Origin: a virus
Lineage: Duplodnaviria > Caudoviricetes
Strand: one strand, 5' to 3'
DNA length: 58,647 nt
Virus record (IMG/VR): IMGVR_UViG_3300034012_002112
Location: 1-58,647 of that record
Program-made: the position numbers and the translations under genes
Part shown: positions 36,761 to 44,535 of the stretch, piece by piece
Numbering within the stretch: the first letter of the stretch is position 1
Layout: every line of letters begins with the position of its first letter
Notes under the pieces: model-generated
Databases searched by the model: none
Told to the model about the DNA's origin: nothing
Seen by the model: only the letters and a program-made list of their open reading frames with translations

Positions 36761-36836
36761 TGGTACCCGAGGTGGGATTCGAACCCACGCTGGAACGATT
36801 TTAAGTCGTTTGCCTCTTCCGCTGGGCTACTCGGGC
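36761..36836 (-). tRNA. trnL: tRNA-Leu(TAA), short variable loop
   Basis: GCCCGAG/CTCGGGT, AACGA-CTTAAAA-TCGTT, GTGGG-TTCGAAT-CCCAC, ACCA end; 76 nt. Confidence 0.92.
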
Positions 36837-37045
36837 GCACCTGGGCTTACCTCTACATCAATCGATGTTGAGTGCCAGGTGTGGTCTTGGGGTAATGGCT
36901 CAGTGCCATACTCCCATGTATCGTAATCTTCCTCATTGCGTGGGTCTTCTTCGACCAGAACGTAATGAGGTGAGTTGTCATGGATGAATTCTCCGATGTT
37001 GGCCATGGCCATAGCTAGGAGTTGATCATCGGTGTAGTCAGTCAT
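36827..37045 (-). CDS. acidic hypothetical protein
   Basis: MTDYTDDQLLAM...DYDTWEYGTEPLP; stop lies inside the tRNA. Confidence 0.65.
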   Translation of the reverse strand: MTDYTDDQLLAMAMANIGEFIHDNSPHYVLVEEDPRNEEDYDTWEYGTEPLPQDHTWHSTSIDVEVSPGAPE

Positions 37046-37101
37046 GAGGTAAGGACCAGCCCTAGTATCGAGGCTAAGGCTGGTCAACTTGGGCTCGGCC
37101 G

Positions 37102-38814
37102 TCAGGACTGTAGCGCAGATTCACGCTCTTGCAATGCAAGCCGGAATGCTGCGGTGTACTGATCCTTCTGGTCGTCTGTCAACCGTTGGTTGGCGATACC
37201 AGCGATCTGTTTGACTGACATCATGCCCATATCAACAGTAAGTTGAATGGTGAATTGAGGTTTGCCATCAAGCATACAAAGCACAATGAAGTGCTTCTTC
37301 TTCTTGCAATCCTCAGCGTAGTGGGAAGCAGAGCCAACGCAATTGCGTACGGCCTGACCCCACATAGCTAGTTGATGAGTGTCAACAGGCTGGAAGAATG
37401 ACCATGATTGATCATCAAGAGTGACACGAACGGGCTGAGGGAATAAATCCTGGGGCAACCCTTCGTTTGGATTCTTGATCTTCCAAGCTTCTGCCTGGAT
37501 GTGATCATGGAATTCTTCAATGCGCCAACGTTTGGGTGGTTCGACAGTGACGCCAGCATCTAAGATGCGAGAAAGCATGGACAAAGTATCTGTCCAATCA
37601 CTGAATGTGAACTGATAACACTTAAGGTCACTGTCAAAGATATAACCATACTTACGTTCTTCTGCTTCTTTTAGTGCAGCTCGATAGTATTTATCAAGCA
37701 TATTGAAGTAAGAAGCTACATGCATGTGTTGCTTTAGCCATGCGACTGCCAATTCGTTAGCACCCTGGCGCAAACGAATGTTAAGCATGGCATCTAAGTT
37801 GGTTTGATAGTAGTCAAGAGGTGCGTCAGGCCACAGTGCATTCACAGAGTTAATGCTGTAGCACAGGTGTGCAATCTGTTTCCATGGCGCACGAATGTTA
37901 CTGGCATGCGTATTGTCTGGATCGTTGTATTGTTTAATGGCTTCATCGCAACGCTCTTGAATCCACCGACGGAAAAACGGTTTGTCAATAATGTGACGGA
38001 TGCGTTGTACATCTTTGTACTCACATCCTTCATAACCAGATTGGTTAAAGTAATAATCAACGATACGGAAGAAGTTATCTGCAGAAGGCAGCCACTCTTC
38101 CTTGTTAACAGCGCCGCTGTTGAAGTAAGCAGGCAAGCGTAGTTCCAATGCATCTACAATGCATGTGGTACGAATACGATCAAACATATTCCTGGTATCT
38201 TGCCAGGTTGGAATTGTGACACGCAATTGATCTTCGAATTGACCAATTGCTTCAGAGATACTACGTGCTTTCTGGTAATAGCTAGCCACACCAGGTGCAC
38301 GCCAGTGGCGTTCTTCATTGCCATTGCGAACGTCATACTTATTGATGAGGCGTGAATGATAATAGATCTGACTGCGACCTACGGTGCGGCAATCAAATTC
38401 ATGGCGTTGATTCCAGAAACGATTAGGAACAACTTTGGCTGAGGCCTCAGTATCTTTAAATGCAACGGCATAGCCATAAAGATAATTATCTTCTTGTCCT
38501 TTGGGAGGCAACCAAGCTGCATACCAGCACTGTTCAAAGTGATACAGAATGGCGTAGGGTACTAGTGTCTGATCCTTGAAACGAGTGAACAGTTGGTAGC
38601 GATCTGCTACACCAACGGAGTTGATGTGGTTGGTTGCATCCTGATGAATAGATTCAGGCATTATCTCCCTGGGAATCAAGTCATTGATATTGCCCAGGGG
38701 ATACTTAGCCTTCTTGGTTTGTGTCTTGGGTTTGTTCTGCTGTGCCAGCTTTTTCAGCGTGGGATCATAGGCCAGCAGTTCGGTCTGAAGGTTGGAGGGG
38801 AGTTGGAAATGCAT
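37102..38814 (-). CDS. PcfJ-like domain protein
   Basis: DTLSM...FHD...LAMWGQAVRNCVGS..YAE...FTIQL...QIAGIAN. Confidence 0.75.
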   Translation of the reverse strand: MHFQLPSNLQTELLAYDPTLKKLAQQNKPKTQTKKAKYPLGNINDLIPREIMPESIHQDATNHINSVGVADRYQLFTRFKDQTLVPYAILYHFEQCWYAAWLPPKGQEDNYLYGYAVAFKDTEASAKVVPNRFWNQRHEFDCRTVGRSQIYYHSRLINKYDVRNGNEERHWRAPGVASYYQKARSISEAIGQFEDQLRVTIPTWQDTRNMFDRIRTTCIVDALELRLPAYFNSGAVNKEEWLPSADNFFRIVDYYFNQSGYEGCEYKDVQRIRHIIDKPFFRRWIQERCDEAIKQYNDPDNTHASNIRAPWKQIAHLCYSINSVNALWPDAPLDYYQTNLDAMLNIRLRQGANELAVAWLKQHMHVASYFNMLDKYYRAALKEAEERKYGYIFDSDLKCYQFTFSDWTDTLSMLSRILDAGVTVEPPKRWRIEEFHDHIQAEAWKIKNPNEGLPQDLFPQPVRVTLDDQSWSFFQPVDTHQLAMWGQAVRNCVGSASHYAEDCKKKKHFIVLCMLDGKPQFTIQLTVDMGMMSVKQIAGIANQRLTDDQKDQYTAAFRLALQERESALQS

Positions 38815-38842
38815 GGTGAGTTCGGAGTGAGTTCGTAGTTGG

Positions 38843-38870
38843 TGAGCAGTTTAATGTCATGCTCAGGACA
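38843..38870 (-). promoter_or_regulatory. leader pseudoknot motif, copy 5
   Basis: TGTC-CTGAGCAT-GACA-TTAAAC-TGCTCA; perfect 6-bp second stem. Confidence 0.85.
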
Positions 38871-38879
38871 ATTGGTTAA

Positions 38880-39059
38880 TCAGTCATCTTCACGCCACTC
38901 ATCCGCAAGTATTGCAGAGTAAGTGTCGTCGATGTTGTATGTATCAACGGGTGTCATAACTGGCATCCGTTTTGCAAATCCAGTGGCAAGATAAACTCTG
39001 CCCCTGGGGCCACGCAGTACAAAGTACCAGCGTTTAAATTCAATTGAGAAACCAATCAT
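38880..39059 (-). CDS. hypothetical protein
   Basis: ATGA-coupled, 59 aa. Confidence 0.55.
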   Translation of the reverse strand: MIGFSIEFKRWYFVLRGPRGRVYLATGFAKRMPVMTPVDTYNIDDTYSAILADEWREDD

Positions 39060-39316
39060 GAATCTAAATCCCAATCGGAGGTGTCGATGAGTTGCCAGTT
39101 AAGATCGAGTGAATCAAGATAGCTACAGAAGCCATCTTCGTCAGTAGGGATCTGTTCTCCTTCATCCAGCTCGAAAGAAGCTGTGCATAATGCAGGAGCC
39201 CATTCCTCAGGGTCGAGATGAGTTGCTTTGTAGAGCAGACGCATGTCGTCCACAACTGCTGTAACTGTGACATCAGATCCATTGATTGTTGTGTCCTCGA
39301 TTGCAAGTACAGTCAT
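39056..39316 (-). CDS. acidic hypothetical protein
   Basis: ATHLDPEEWAPALC. Confidence 0.7.
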   Translation of the reverse strand: MTVLAIEDTTINGSDVTVTAVVDDMRLLYKATHLDPEEWAPALCTASFELDEGEQIPTDEDGFCSYLDSLDLNWQLIDTSDWDLDS

Positions 39317-39501
39317 TAGTTTGGTTCAATGAATTGACATGCAGGTGTGATGTAACACCGATACTTAGACCAGGTGCGTACTGTGGTGTACTCACCGTGA
39401 AATCGATCAGTGTCACATACGTACATCTCCGCCCTGCGCACAGCGCAGTTGGCGATGTGAATACGATCAAACAATGTGAGGCAATCGGTTGCAGTTGACA
39501 T
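39316..39501 (-). CDS. hypothetical protein
   Basis: 61 aa, TAATG coupling. Confidence 0.6.
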   Translation of the reverse strand: MSTATDCLTLFDRIHIANCAVRRAEMYVCDTDRFHGEYTTVRTWSKYRCYITPACQFIEPN

Positions 39502-39509
39502 GAGTTGAA

Positions 39510-39716
39510 TTAGAAATCAAAGAGTTTGATGTTGCGCTTGGACAAGCCGGTGCCTGGAATCGAAATCGATCCCAATACACCAGACTTACGGGCGTTCAGC
39601 GTTAGCTGAAACGGTCCAAGCTGAATGGATTTAGTGTAACTTTTGACGCCATGTTCGGTGATGTTGACACCGTGTATTGTGCGATCAAAGTTAAATCCAG
39701 ACTTGGGTTCTGACAT
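39510..39716 (-). CDS. DUF4236-like hypothetical protein
   Basis: KSIQLGPFQLTLNARKSGV..SISIPGTGLS. Confidence 0.65.
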   Translation of the reverse strand: MSEPKSGFNFDRTIHGVNITEHGVKSYTKSIQLGPFQLTLNARKSGVLGSISIPGTGLSKRNIKLFDF

Positions 39717-39738
39717 AGTGTTGAGCTGAGTTGAGTGA

Positions 39739-39776
39739 GGACTTGAAGTCTACCAGCGATGTCAAGTCCCTGGTAG
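39739..39776 (-). promoter_or_regulatory. interleaved 7-bp and 8-bp stems (pseudoknot or switch) in leader
   Basis: CTACCAG-GGACTTGA-CATCG-CTGGTAG-ACT-TCAAGTCC. Confidence 0.7.
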
Positions 39777-39805
39777 GTTTAAAGATTCTCTTAATGTTTC
39801 GTAAA

Positions 39806-40042
39806 TCAAATTCCAGCAAGGCTGGGTTCGTACTCAGGGCTGGGATCGTAATCAATCCGTTCTTCTAACATTGCAATCGCTTCTTCTATTACTTCGTCAT
39901 CACCTGGGACCAGATGCTGACAAGTACATGAGCGCTTGCTTTCACGTTCGAGAACAGCTTTGAGTAGATCCACTGCTTCTTTCAGTTTGACATACTCATT
40001 TGATTTCCAGTCAATGGTTGGGTATGTAGTTGGGGTAGTCAT
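39806..40042 (-). CDS. hypothetical protein
   Basis: 78 aa. Confidence 0.65.
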   Translation of the reverse strand: MTTPTTYPTIDWKSNEYVKLKEAVDLLKAVLERESKRSCTCQHLVPGDDEVIEEAIAMLEERIDYDPSPEYEPSLAGI

Positions 40043-40188
40043 GGTGATGTGATGGGAATGAGAGGGTAGGTAGATGGGAGGTTATCTACTAATAAAAGGA
40101 TTATTCCTGGTACTCCCCTTCGGGGGTCTGGGGGGGGGAATGCTTGGTAGCTATCCAAGAGATTCCTCCTTCGGGATATAAGTAAAAC

Positions 40189-40440
40189 TTATGTGTTGGT
40201 TGGTTCTTTGATGATCCAACCTGTGTAGTGATTAGTGGTTCGATCAACGGATATCAACTTGTATTGTTCAAGCTTCTCCAATGCCTTGAGGTATTGTTCA
40301 AGCCTGGTAGCTTGCATGTTTATCCTTGGTACGAAACATGGATTGAGACCATGCTTCTTCTTGTGTACCAAGTAGTAATTGTACAAATTGCGTTGATTGA
40401 TAGTCAGTGCTGGCATCTGATTCTGTAGTTGCGTTGACAT
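40189..40440 (-). CDS. winged-helix-like (LexA-DBD-like) protein
   Basis: LTINQRNLYNY...YLKALEKLEQYKLISV. Confidence 0.55.
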   Translation of the reverse strand: MSTQLQNQMPALTINQRNLYNYYLVHKKKHGLNPCFVPRINMQATRLEQYLKALEKLEQYKLISVDRTTNHYTGWIIKEPTNT

Positions 40441-40779
40441 TTAGATCAAGCCGAGAATCCTAAGCCAGCTGTCGGGATGGTCCGGTTCGACTTCGTCTTC
40501 ACCTGGCGTGAAGCAGACGCTGTCGAACGCCCACTCCTCAATCTCTTCGTTGGTTGGGATGTCGTACCAACCTTCGAGTTCTTTGTCTCCATAGACGGGG
40601 ATCCAGTAACATCTGAGGATTCCCTGCTTGTTTCTGTAGACGTTGCCAGTGCAGGCGATGGCGCCTTTCGGTGCGTTCTGGAAGTCGCACTCTGCCTGGT
40701 ACTGTTGCTGCCCTTCTTCTTGGTCGAAGGGTTCGTACCCGAAGGTGGCAGCGATTTCTTCAGTGATGGGGTGAAGCAT
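40441..40779 (-). CDS. acidic hypothetical protein
   Basis: PTNEEIEEW..DSVCFTPGEDEVEPDHPDSWLRILGLI. Confidence 0.7.
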   Translation of the reverse strand: MLHPITEEIAATFGYEPFDQEEGQQQYQAECDFQNAPKGAIACTGNVYRNKQGILRCYWIPVYGDKELEGWYDIPTNEEIEEWAFDSVCFTPGEDEVEPDHPDSWLRILGLI

Positions 40780-40851
40780 GAGATGAATTCTGTAATGAAA
40801 ATTGAAATGAGTGTGATGATGACAATGATGATGTCATCCTGTGGGCGTTGA

Positions 40852-40995
40852 TCAGCCGTCTTCGTCGTCATGAATAACGCCCTCCCATTCGTATTGGTTT
40901 GATTCCATCATTGCTTGATATTGTTCTGCTGCCATGTCAGCCATGGCATCAAGAGCATCAGATGGAATATCATTCTCAAATTGATTGTTGTCCAT
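40852..40995 (-). CDS. small acidic protein
   Basis: MDNNQFENDIPSDALDAMADMAAEQYQAMMESNQYEWEGVIHDDEDG; CAACTCAATTCA leader. Confidence 0.6.
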   Translation of the reverse strand: MDNNQFENDIPSDALDAMADMAAEQYQAMMESNQYEWEGVIHDDEDG

Positions 40996-41021
40996 GGTTT
41001 GAATTGAGTTGATAAAAGGAT

Positions 41022-41049
41022 TGAGAAGTTTAACGTCATACTCAGGACG
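41022..41049 (-). promoter_or_regulatory. leader pseudoknot motif, copy 6
   Basis: CGTC-CTGAGTAT-GACG-TTAAAC-TTCTCA. Confidence 0.8.
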
Positions 41050-41087
41050 GGGGTGATACCACCCCAGATTTGAGTGAATTCAATAAA

Positions 41088-41540
41088 TTAATTCACATCT
41101 CTCCATGCAATGCCACGGGCAATGTTGGAGATACTGCAGCCTGTAACACCAAACTTCTTACCGATAACGTTGTAGAAGTTGGTGACAGTACCGCAGGATC
41201 GACGTAGGTTCTGATCTTTGAGAAGCAGTTTGATCTCACGGACTGAATCAGGGTTGAGCTTAGAAGGTCCATCCCAAGCCCTAAAGTTACGCTTGGGATA
41301 ACGCTTAGTAGCGTCCTGGACTTCTATAGATTCAGTCCTGGTCCCTATAACAGCCATCATCTGTGGTGCCGGCTGTTGGAGCGGGGGCCTGGGGGTTGTA
41401 TCGAATACTGCATTCTTAATAGGGAAACCAAGGGTTACGCTTGTACCGTCTTTGATGACTGATACGGTAACCTTGCCATCCCTGGTGATCACAGAGACGT
41501 GATCCGGGTTCTGAACATCGAGTTGGCTGAGAGCTTCCAT
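41088..41540 (-). CDS. protein with C-terminal HTH
   Basis: SKLNPDSVREIK...IGKKFGVTGCSISNIARGIAW. Confidence 0.7.
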   Translation of the reverse strand: MEALSQLDVQNPDHVSVITRDGKVTVSVIKDGTSVTLGFPIKNAVFDTTPRPPLQQPAPQMMAVIGTRTESIEVQDATKRYPKRNFRAWDGPSKLNPDSVREIKLLLKDQNLRRSCGTVTNFYNVIGKKFGVTGCSISNIARGIAWRDVN

Positions 41541-41690
41541 GAGTTACGCAGTGGTGTGATTCAGTTAAACACCAATGGGATTCCATTGGTTGAGCTTTGG
41601 TTTGCCCCTGCTGCGCAGGATGCAGGTAAAGGATAGCTGGTACATAGCAGAGTGCAAGTGCCAGCTGTAGCGGTGAAACGTTAGTAGACA

Positions 41691-42038
41691 CTACATGTAG
41701 AGGTAGCCGCCTGCCCAGTCAGCTCGCTTGAGGCAAGACTCAAACGAGACATCGTCAAGCAAGTTGTACCTGACGTGTTTGGCAGGGGCTTTCCAGCTGG
41801 CTGGTTTGTAGACAGCACCTGATTGCTTGTTGATAAATGCATGGACAGAAGTACCGCTATCTTTGAGGATGAGCTTGTAGTACTTCACGCCTGGCACGAT
41901 GTCAAAAGCAATCTTTCGTATATCAGTAGTGCCGAAATTACGTTTGTGGTAGTTGAAGTGATTGTCAATGAGTGTATCAATGAGACGGTGAATGCGTGCA
42001 AGCAGCATCTCATCGTGTTCACGAAGTTCGGTGCTCAT
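41691..42038 (-). CDS. conserved cyanophage early protein
   Basis: KYYKL...SVHAFINKQSGAVYKPASWKAPAKHVRYNL...ADWAGGYLY. Confidence 0.8.
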   Translation of the reverse strand: MSTELREHDEMLLARIHRLIDTLIDNHFNYHKRNFGTTDIRKIAFDIVPGVKYYKLILKDSGTSVHAFINKQSGAVYKPASWKAPAKHVRYNLLDDVSFESCLKRADWAGGYLYM

Positions 42039-42238
42039 TTGGATTGCTGAGTTGAAGTGGGTTGGATGTTGGTGATATCAACGCCTACCAGTGCACCTGC
42101 GGTAAAGGTAGCAATGGCAATTACGATGGCTGCCATGATGGCGTTAGCAATGATATCACCAGGGCGAGTCTCATGATTCTCAGGGTAAGAATCCATTTGG
42201 ACGTAGCCCTTGTCTCCGAATCTGTAGATGTGTTTCAT
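42035..42238 (-). CDS. small membrane protein
   Basis: MKHIYRFG... then TM helix; ATGA coupling. Confidence 0.6.
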   Translation of the reverse strand: MKHIYRFGDKGYVQMDSYPENHETRPGDIIANAIMAAIVIAIATFTAGALVGVDITNIQPTSTQQSK

Positions 42239-42341
42239 GTGAGTTGAGATGTTGGGTAGCAGGATGATGAGTCCTGCAGAAAACCTACTGCCGATACGAA
42301 TTCGTATCAACAGAAGGGTTAAGTGCAGGAGTCGGATGAAC

Positions 42342-42770
42342 TCAGAATGCAACCTCTTCCAGCGTGGGCTGGGCACCTGCGGTCTGAGTTTCCTGCTTGG
42401 GTGCAGGCTTACGACCAAACTCGTAATCCTTCACGATCAGCTGGATCTCAGGCCGCTTAAGTACCTGGAGATTGTTCTGGTCATCCATATAGGTAGTACG
42501 AATACCATTGATCCGTCCGTAGACACGAAGCTCTTGACCAACAACAAGATTGCCGTTGCCAAAAGCTGTGTTGAGGCCGTTGTTATTCGTGAATGTGAGT
42601 GTGACGCTGACCATGGAGTTCAGGTTGTGAATCATCTTCACAGCAATGAACTCACTGTTGTCTTCCTCGTTGACGAACTGCTTGATGAAAGCAACTCGTC
42701 CTTGGAATTGAACGTGAGATGAGTCAGCGTATTGCTTGAGACCAGTGGTGTCAGCGATAGAAGTAGTCAT
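42342..42770 (-). CDS. OB-fold, SSB-like protein
   Basis: VQFQGRV...LVVGQELRVYGRI; acidic LEEVAF tail. Confidence 0.65.
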   Translation of the reverse strand: MTTSIADTTGLKQYADSSHVQFQGRVAFIKQFVNEEDNSEFIAVKMIHNLNSMVSVTLTFTNNNGLNTAFGNGNLVVGQELRVYGRINGIRTTYMDDQNNLQVLKRPEIQLIVKDYEFGRKPAPKQETQTAGAQPTLEEVAF

Positions 42771-42794
42771 TGAATTGAACTGAGTTGAATGTGA

Positions 42795-42853
42795 GCAGGA
42801 TGTTGAATCCTGCAGTAACCCATCACTGATGATCTAATGATGGGAAAGTGCAG
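42795..42853 (-). promoter_or_regulatory. structured leader with competing stems
   Basis: CTGCA..CCCATCATT/AGTGATGGG..TGCAG overlapping GCAGGAT-TCAAC-ATCCTGC. Confidence 0.55.
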
Positions 42854-42856
42854 AAA

Positions 42857-43063
42857 TCAAATCTTCACAAGGTCTGGTTTGATGCAGTAATACGCATCTC
42901 CGAGGAAACCTCTCACCAGGATCAAATTATGTCCTGGTTGCGATGGGCATGTTGCTTTGTAGTGCTGGTTGAGAAGCTTCTGCCCGAATACGGACAGAAT
43001 CATACCGATACCGGTACCCAGCACAATTGCAACTGTTGCATCAACCATGTAGTGTTTAGTCAT
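42857..43063 (-). CDS. small membrane protein
   Basis: TM helix; C...FLGDAYYCI. Confidence 0.6.
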   Translation of the reverse strand: MTKHYMVDATVAIVLGTGIGMILSVFGQKLLNQHYKATCPSQPGHNLILVRGFLGDAYYCIKPDLVKI

Positions 43064-43292
43064 CGTAGTTGGGAATGTCAATGTGGTTACAGCCGTAGCA
43101 GTATGAATAGAACTCCTGCATTTCTGCATACAGTTCTTTCACACCGCTGGGGATACCGTGGCCGAGAGTACGTGTCTCGATATCGATCCACTTCTCTGTA
43201 ATGCCACGGTGTTGGAAGTGGAGTTGATCTGATGTGCCGCCGTACCACACGATGCGGGTACGGTCGTCGCACTCAGGTTGGTAAGTAAGCAT
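43056..43292 (-). CDS. hypothetical protein
   Basis: 78 aa. Confidence 0.6.
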   Translation of the reverse strand: MLTYQPECDDRTRIVWYGGTSDQLHFQHRGITEKWIDIETRTLGHGIPSGVKELYAEMQEFYSYCYGCNHIDIPNYDD

Positions 43293-43309
43293 AGGCTGAA
43301 CTGATGTAA

Positions 43310-43377
43310 GCCACCCTCAATGGGTGGCAATTGCTGGAGGGAGGTTTGCACTCCCTCTCCCGCTTTAACGGATCAGC
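43310..43377 (-). ncRNA. mini tRNA-like three-way junction plus hairpin in leader
   Basis: GCTG-AT-CCG-TTAAAG-CGG-GA-GAGGGAG-TGCAAAC-CTCCCTC-CAGC; GCCACCC-ATTGA-GGGTGGC. Confidence 0.55.
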
Positions 43378-43525
43378 TGTGAACCTGTTCCTCACTAATG
43401 AGGAGACGTTCACCTTCCTCTAGTTCCTGGGCTTGAACGTATTTGTCAGCCGCTTCACGGCTACCAAACACACCCATGAAGTGATCCTGGTACAGATCAC
43501 AGAGGATAACGACGTAAACCGACAT
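43373..43525 (-). CDS. small hypothetical protein
   Basis: MSVYVVIL...MGVFGSREAADKY; GGAG RBS. Confidence 0.65.
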   Translation of the reverse strand: MSVYVVILCDLYQDHFMGVFGSREAADKYVQAQELEEGERLLISEEQVHS

Positions 43526-43605
43526 GGTCTACTCCAATAGTGCGGTGCCCATCTCCGCTGGGGGCTAGGAGTTGTTTGGCAGGCCTAAAGCCTGTTGGAG
43601 GATCA

Positions 43606-43761
43606 TCACTGTTTGACGGGATGAATCTTAGGCATGATTACGTTGGCCAGCTTGATGCGACCAACTGTGATCATTGCTCCAATCTTCTCCTTGCTCTTGT
43701 CATTGTCCAACGCCTTGGCGGCGTTGTTGAGTTGTTTGGAAAGTTGCTTACGAATTCCCAT
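43606..43761 (-). CDS. small basic protein, first gene of the leftward arm
   Basis: MGIRKQLSKQLNNAAKALD...; GGAG RBS. Confidence 0.6.
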   Translation of the reverse strand: MGIRKQLSKQLNNAAKALDNDKSKEKIGAMITVGRIKLANVIMPKIHPVKQ

Positions 43762-44159
43762 GAGTAACTCCAAGAAAAAGAATCAATGATTGATTCGTGA
43801 GAATCAAGGCTGTTCAGTGTAACTCCTGTTAACTTCCAAGAAGTAACTGTGAGCCACTGTTCTATACCGCGTACTCGCCGCGGGGGAGCGAAACCTAATT
43901 TCAGGCGCGATATGGATTCGTATCACGGCTAAAATCAGGGGAAAATGTCGGGATTCGCTAACATTTATGTGGAAATAAAATGTACACGACCCCGCAGTTC
44001 TTTTTTTTCTCCCCGTATAACGCGTCGCGTAGCGGGTGGGAGAAGAGTCAGGTAATTTTGCACCCTATTGGGGCTCTATAGGAGGCCCCCTTTGCACAAA
44101 AATAAGTTTTTATGCGTAATTTTGTAATTATTTTCCCCAATTAGCCCAAAAATTTGCAC

Positions 44160-44186
44160 AAAAAAGCCGAGGGGTTTAGCCTCGGC
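44160..44186 (-). terminator. rho-independent terminator
   Basis: GCCGAGG-CTAAACC-CCTCGGC-TTTTTT. Confidence 0.85.
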
Positions 44187-44210
44187 GTGTGCGTTGGATC
44201 AGGTTAAGTT

Positions 44211-44435
44211 CTATTCCTGGGTCGGTTCACCTTTTTTGCGTTTATAAGCCAACGTTGCACGCGCTGCTTTGGTAAATGCTTCCTCATCTGGAAGCTCATA
44301 GGCCAGATTTATCTTTGCATCAGATACAAAACTGCGTACGTCATCCGAACTGGCGCCGTCTGCAGCCATCTTCATCGCCTTATTCTTGATCGCCTCTAAC
44401 GCTTCGACCCGTTTTTGGCGCGTGCCAGCGTCCAT
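44211..44435 (-). CDS. hypothetical protein
   Basis: 74 aa followed by a terminator. Confidence 0.7.
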   Translation of the reverse strand: MDAGTRQKRVEALEAIKNKAMKMAADGASSDDVRSFVSDAKINLAYELPDEEAFTKAARATLAYKRKKGEPTQE

Positions 44436-44535
44436 ATGGAACTAAAACCTGATCAATTACAAATATACAACCAGTAGTCCTTGAGTTACACGCAATAGAA
44501 TATGAAGAGGTAAAAAATACGGGCAATAAACGTAA

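Noticed and set aside
36761-36836. tRNA-Leu as prophage attachment site
   Set aside because: No integrase, duplicated tRNA end or host genes in the window
38843-38870. Six-copy motif as hammerhead ribozyme
   Set aside because: CTGA...AAAC is suggestive, but there is no CUGANGA core, GAAA or three-stem junction
40110-40140. CCCC-TTCG-GGGG hairpin and G-run
   Set aside because: No U-tract, no second copy; no function supportable
43541-43567. Further small pseudoknot (GCCC/GGGC with GCGG/CCGC, minus strand)
   Set aside because: Only 4-bp stems, a 1-nt linker and a single copy; chance not excluded
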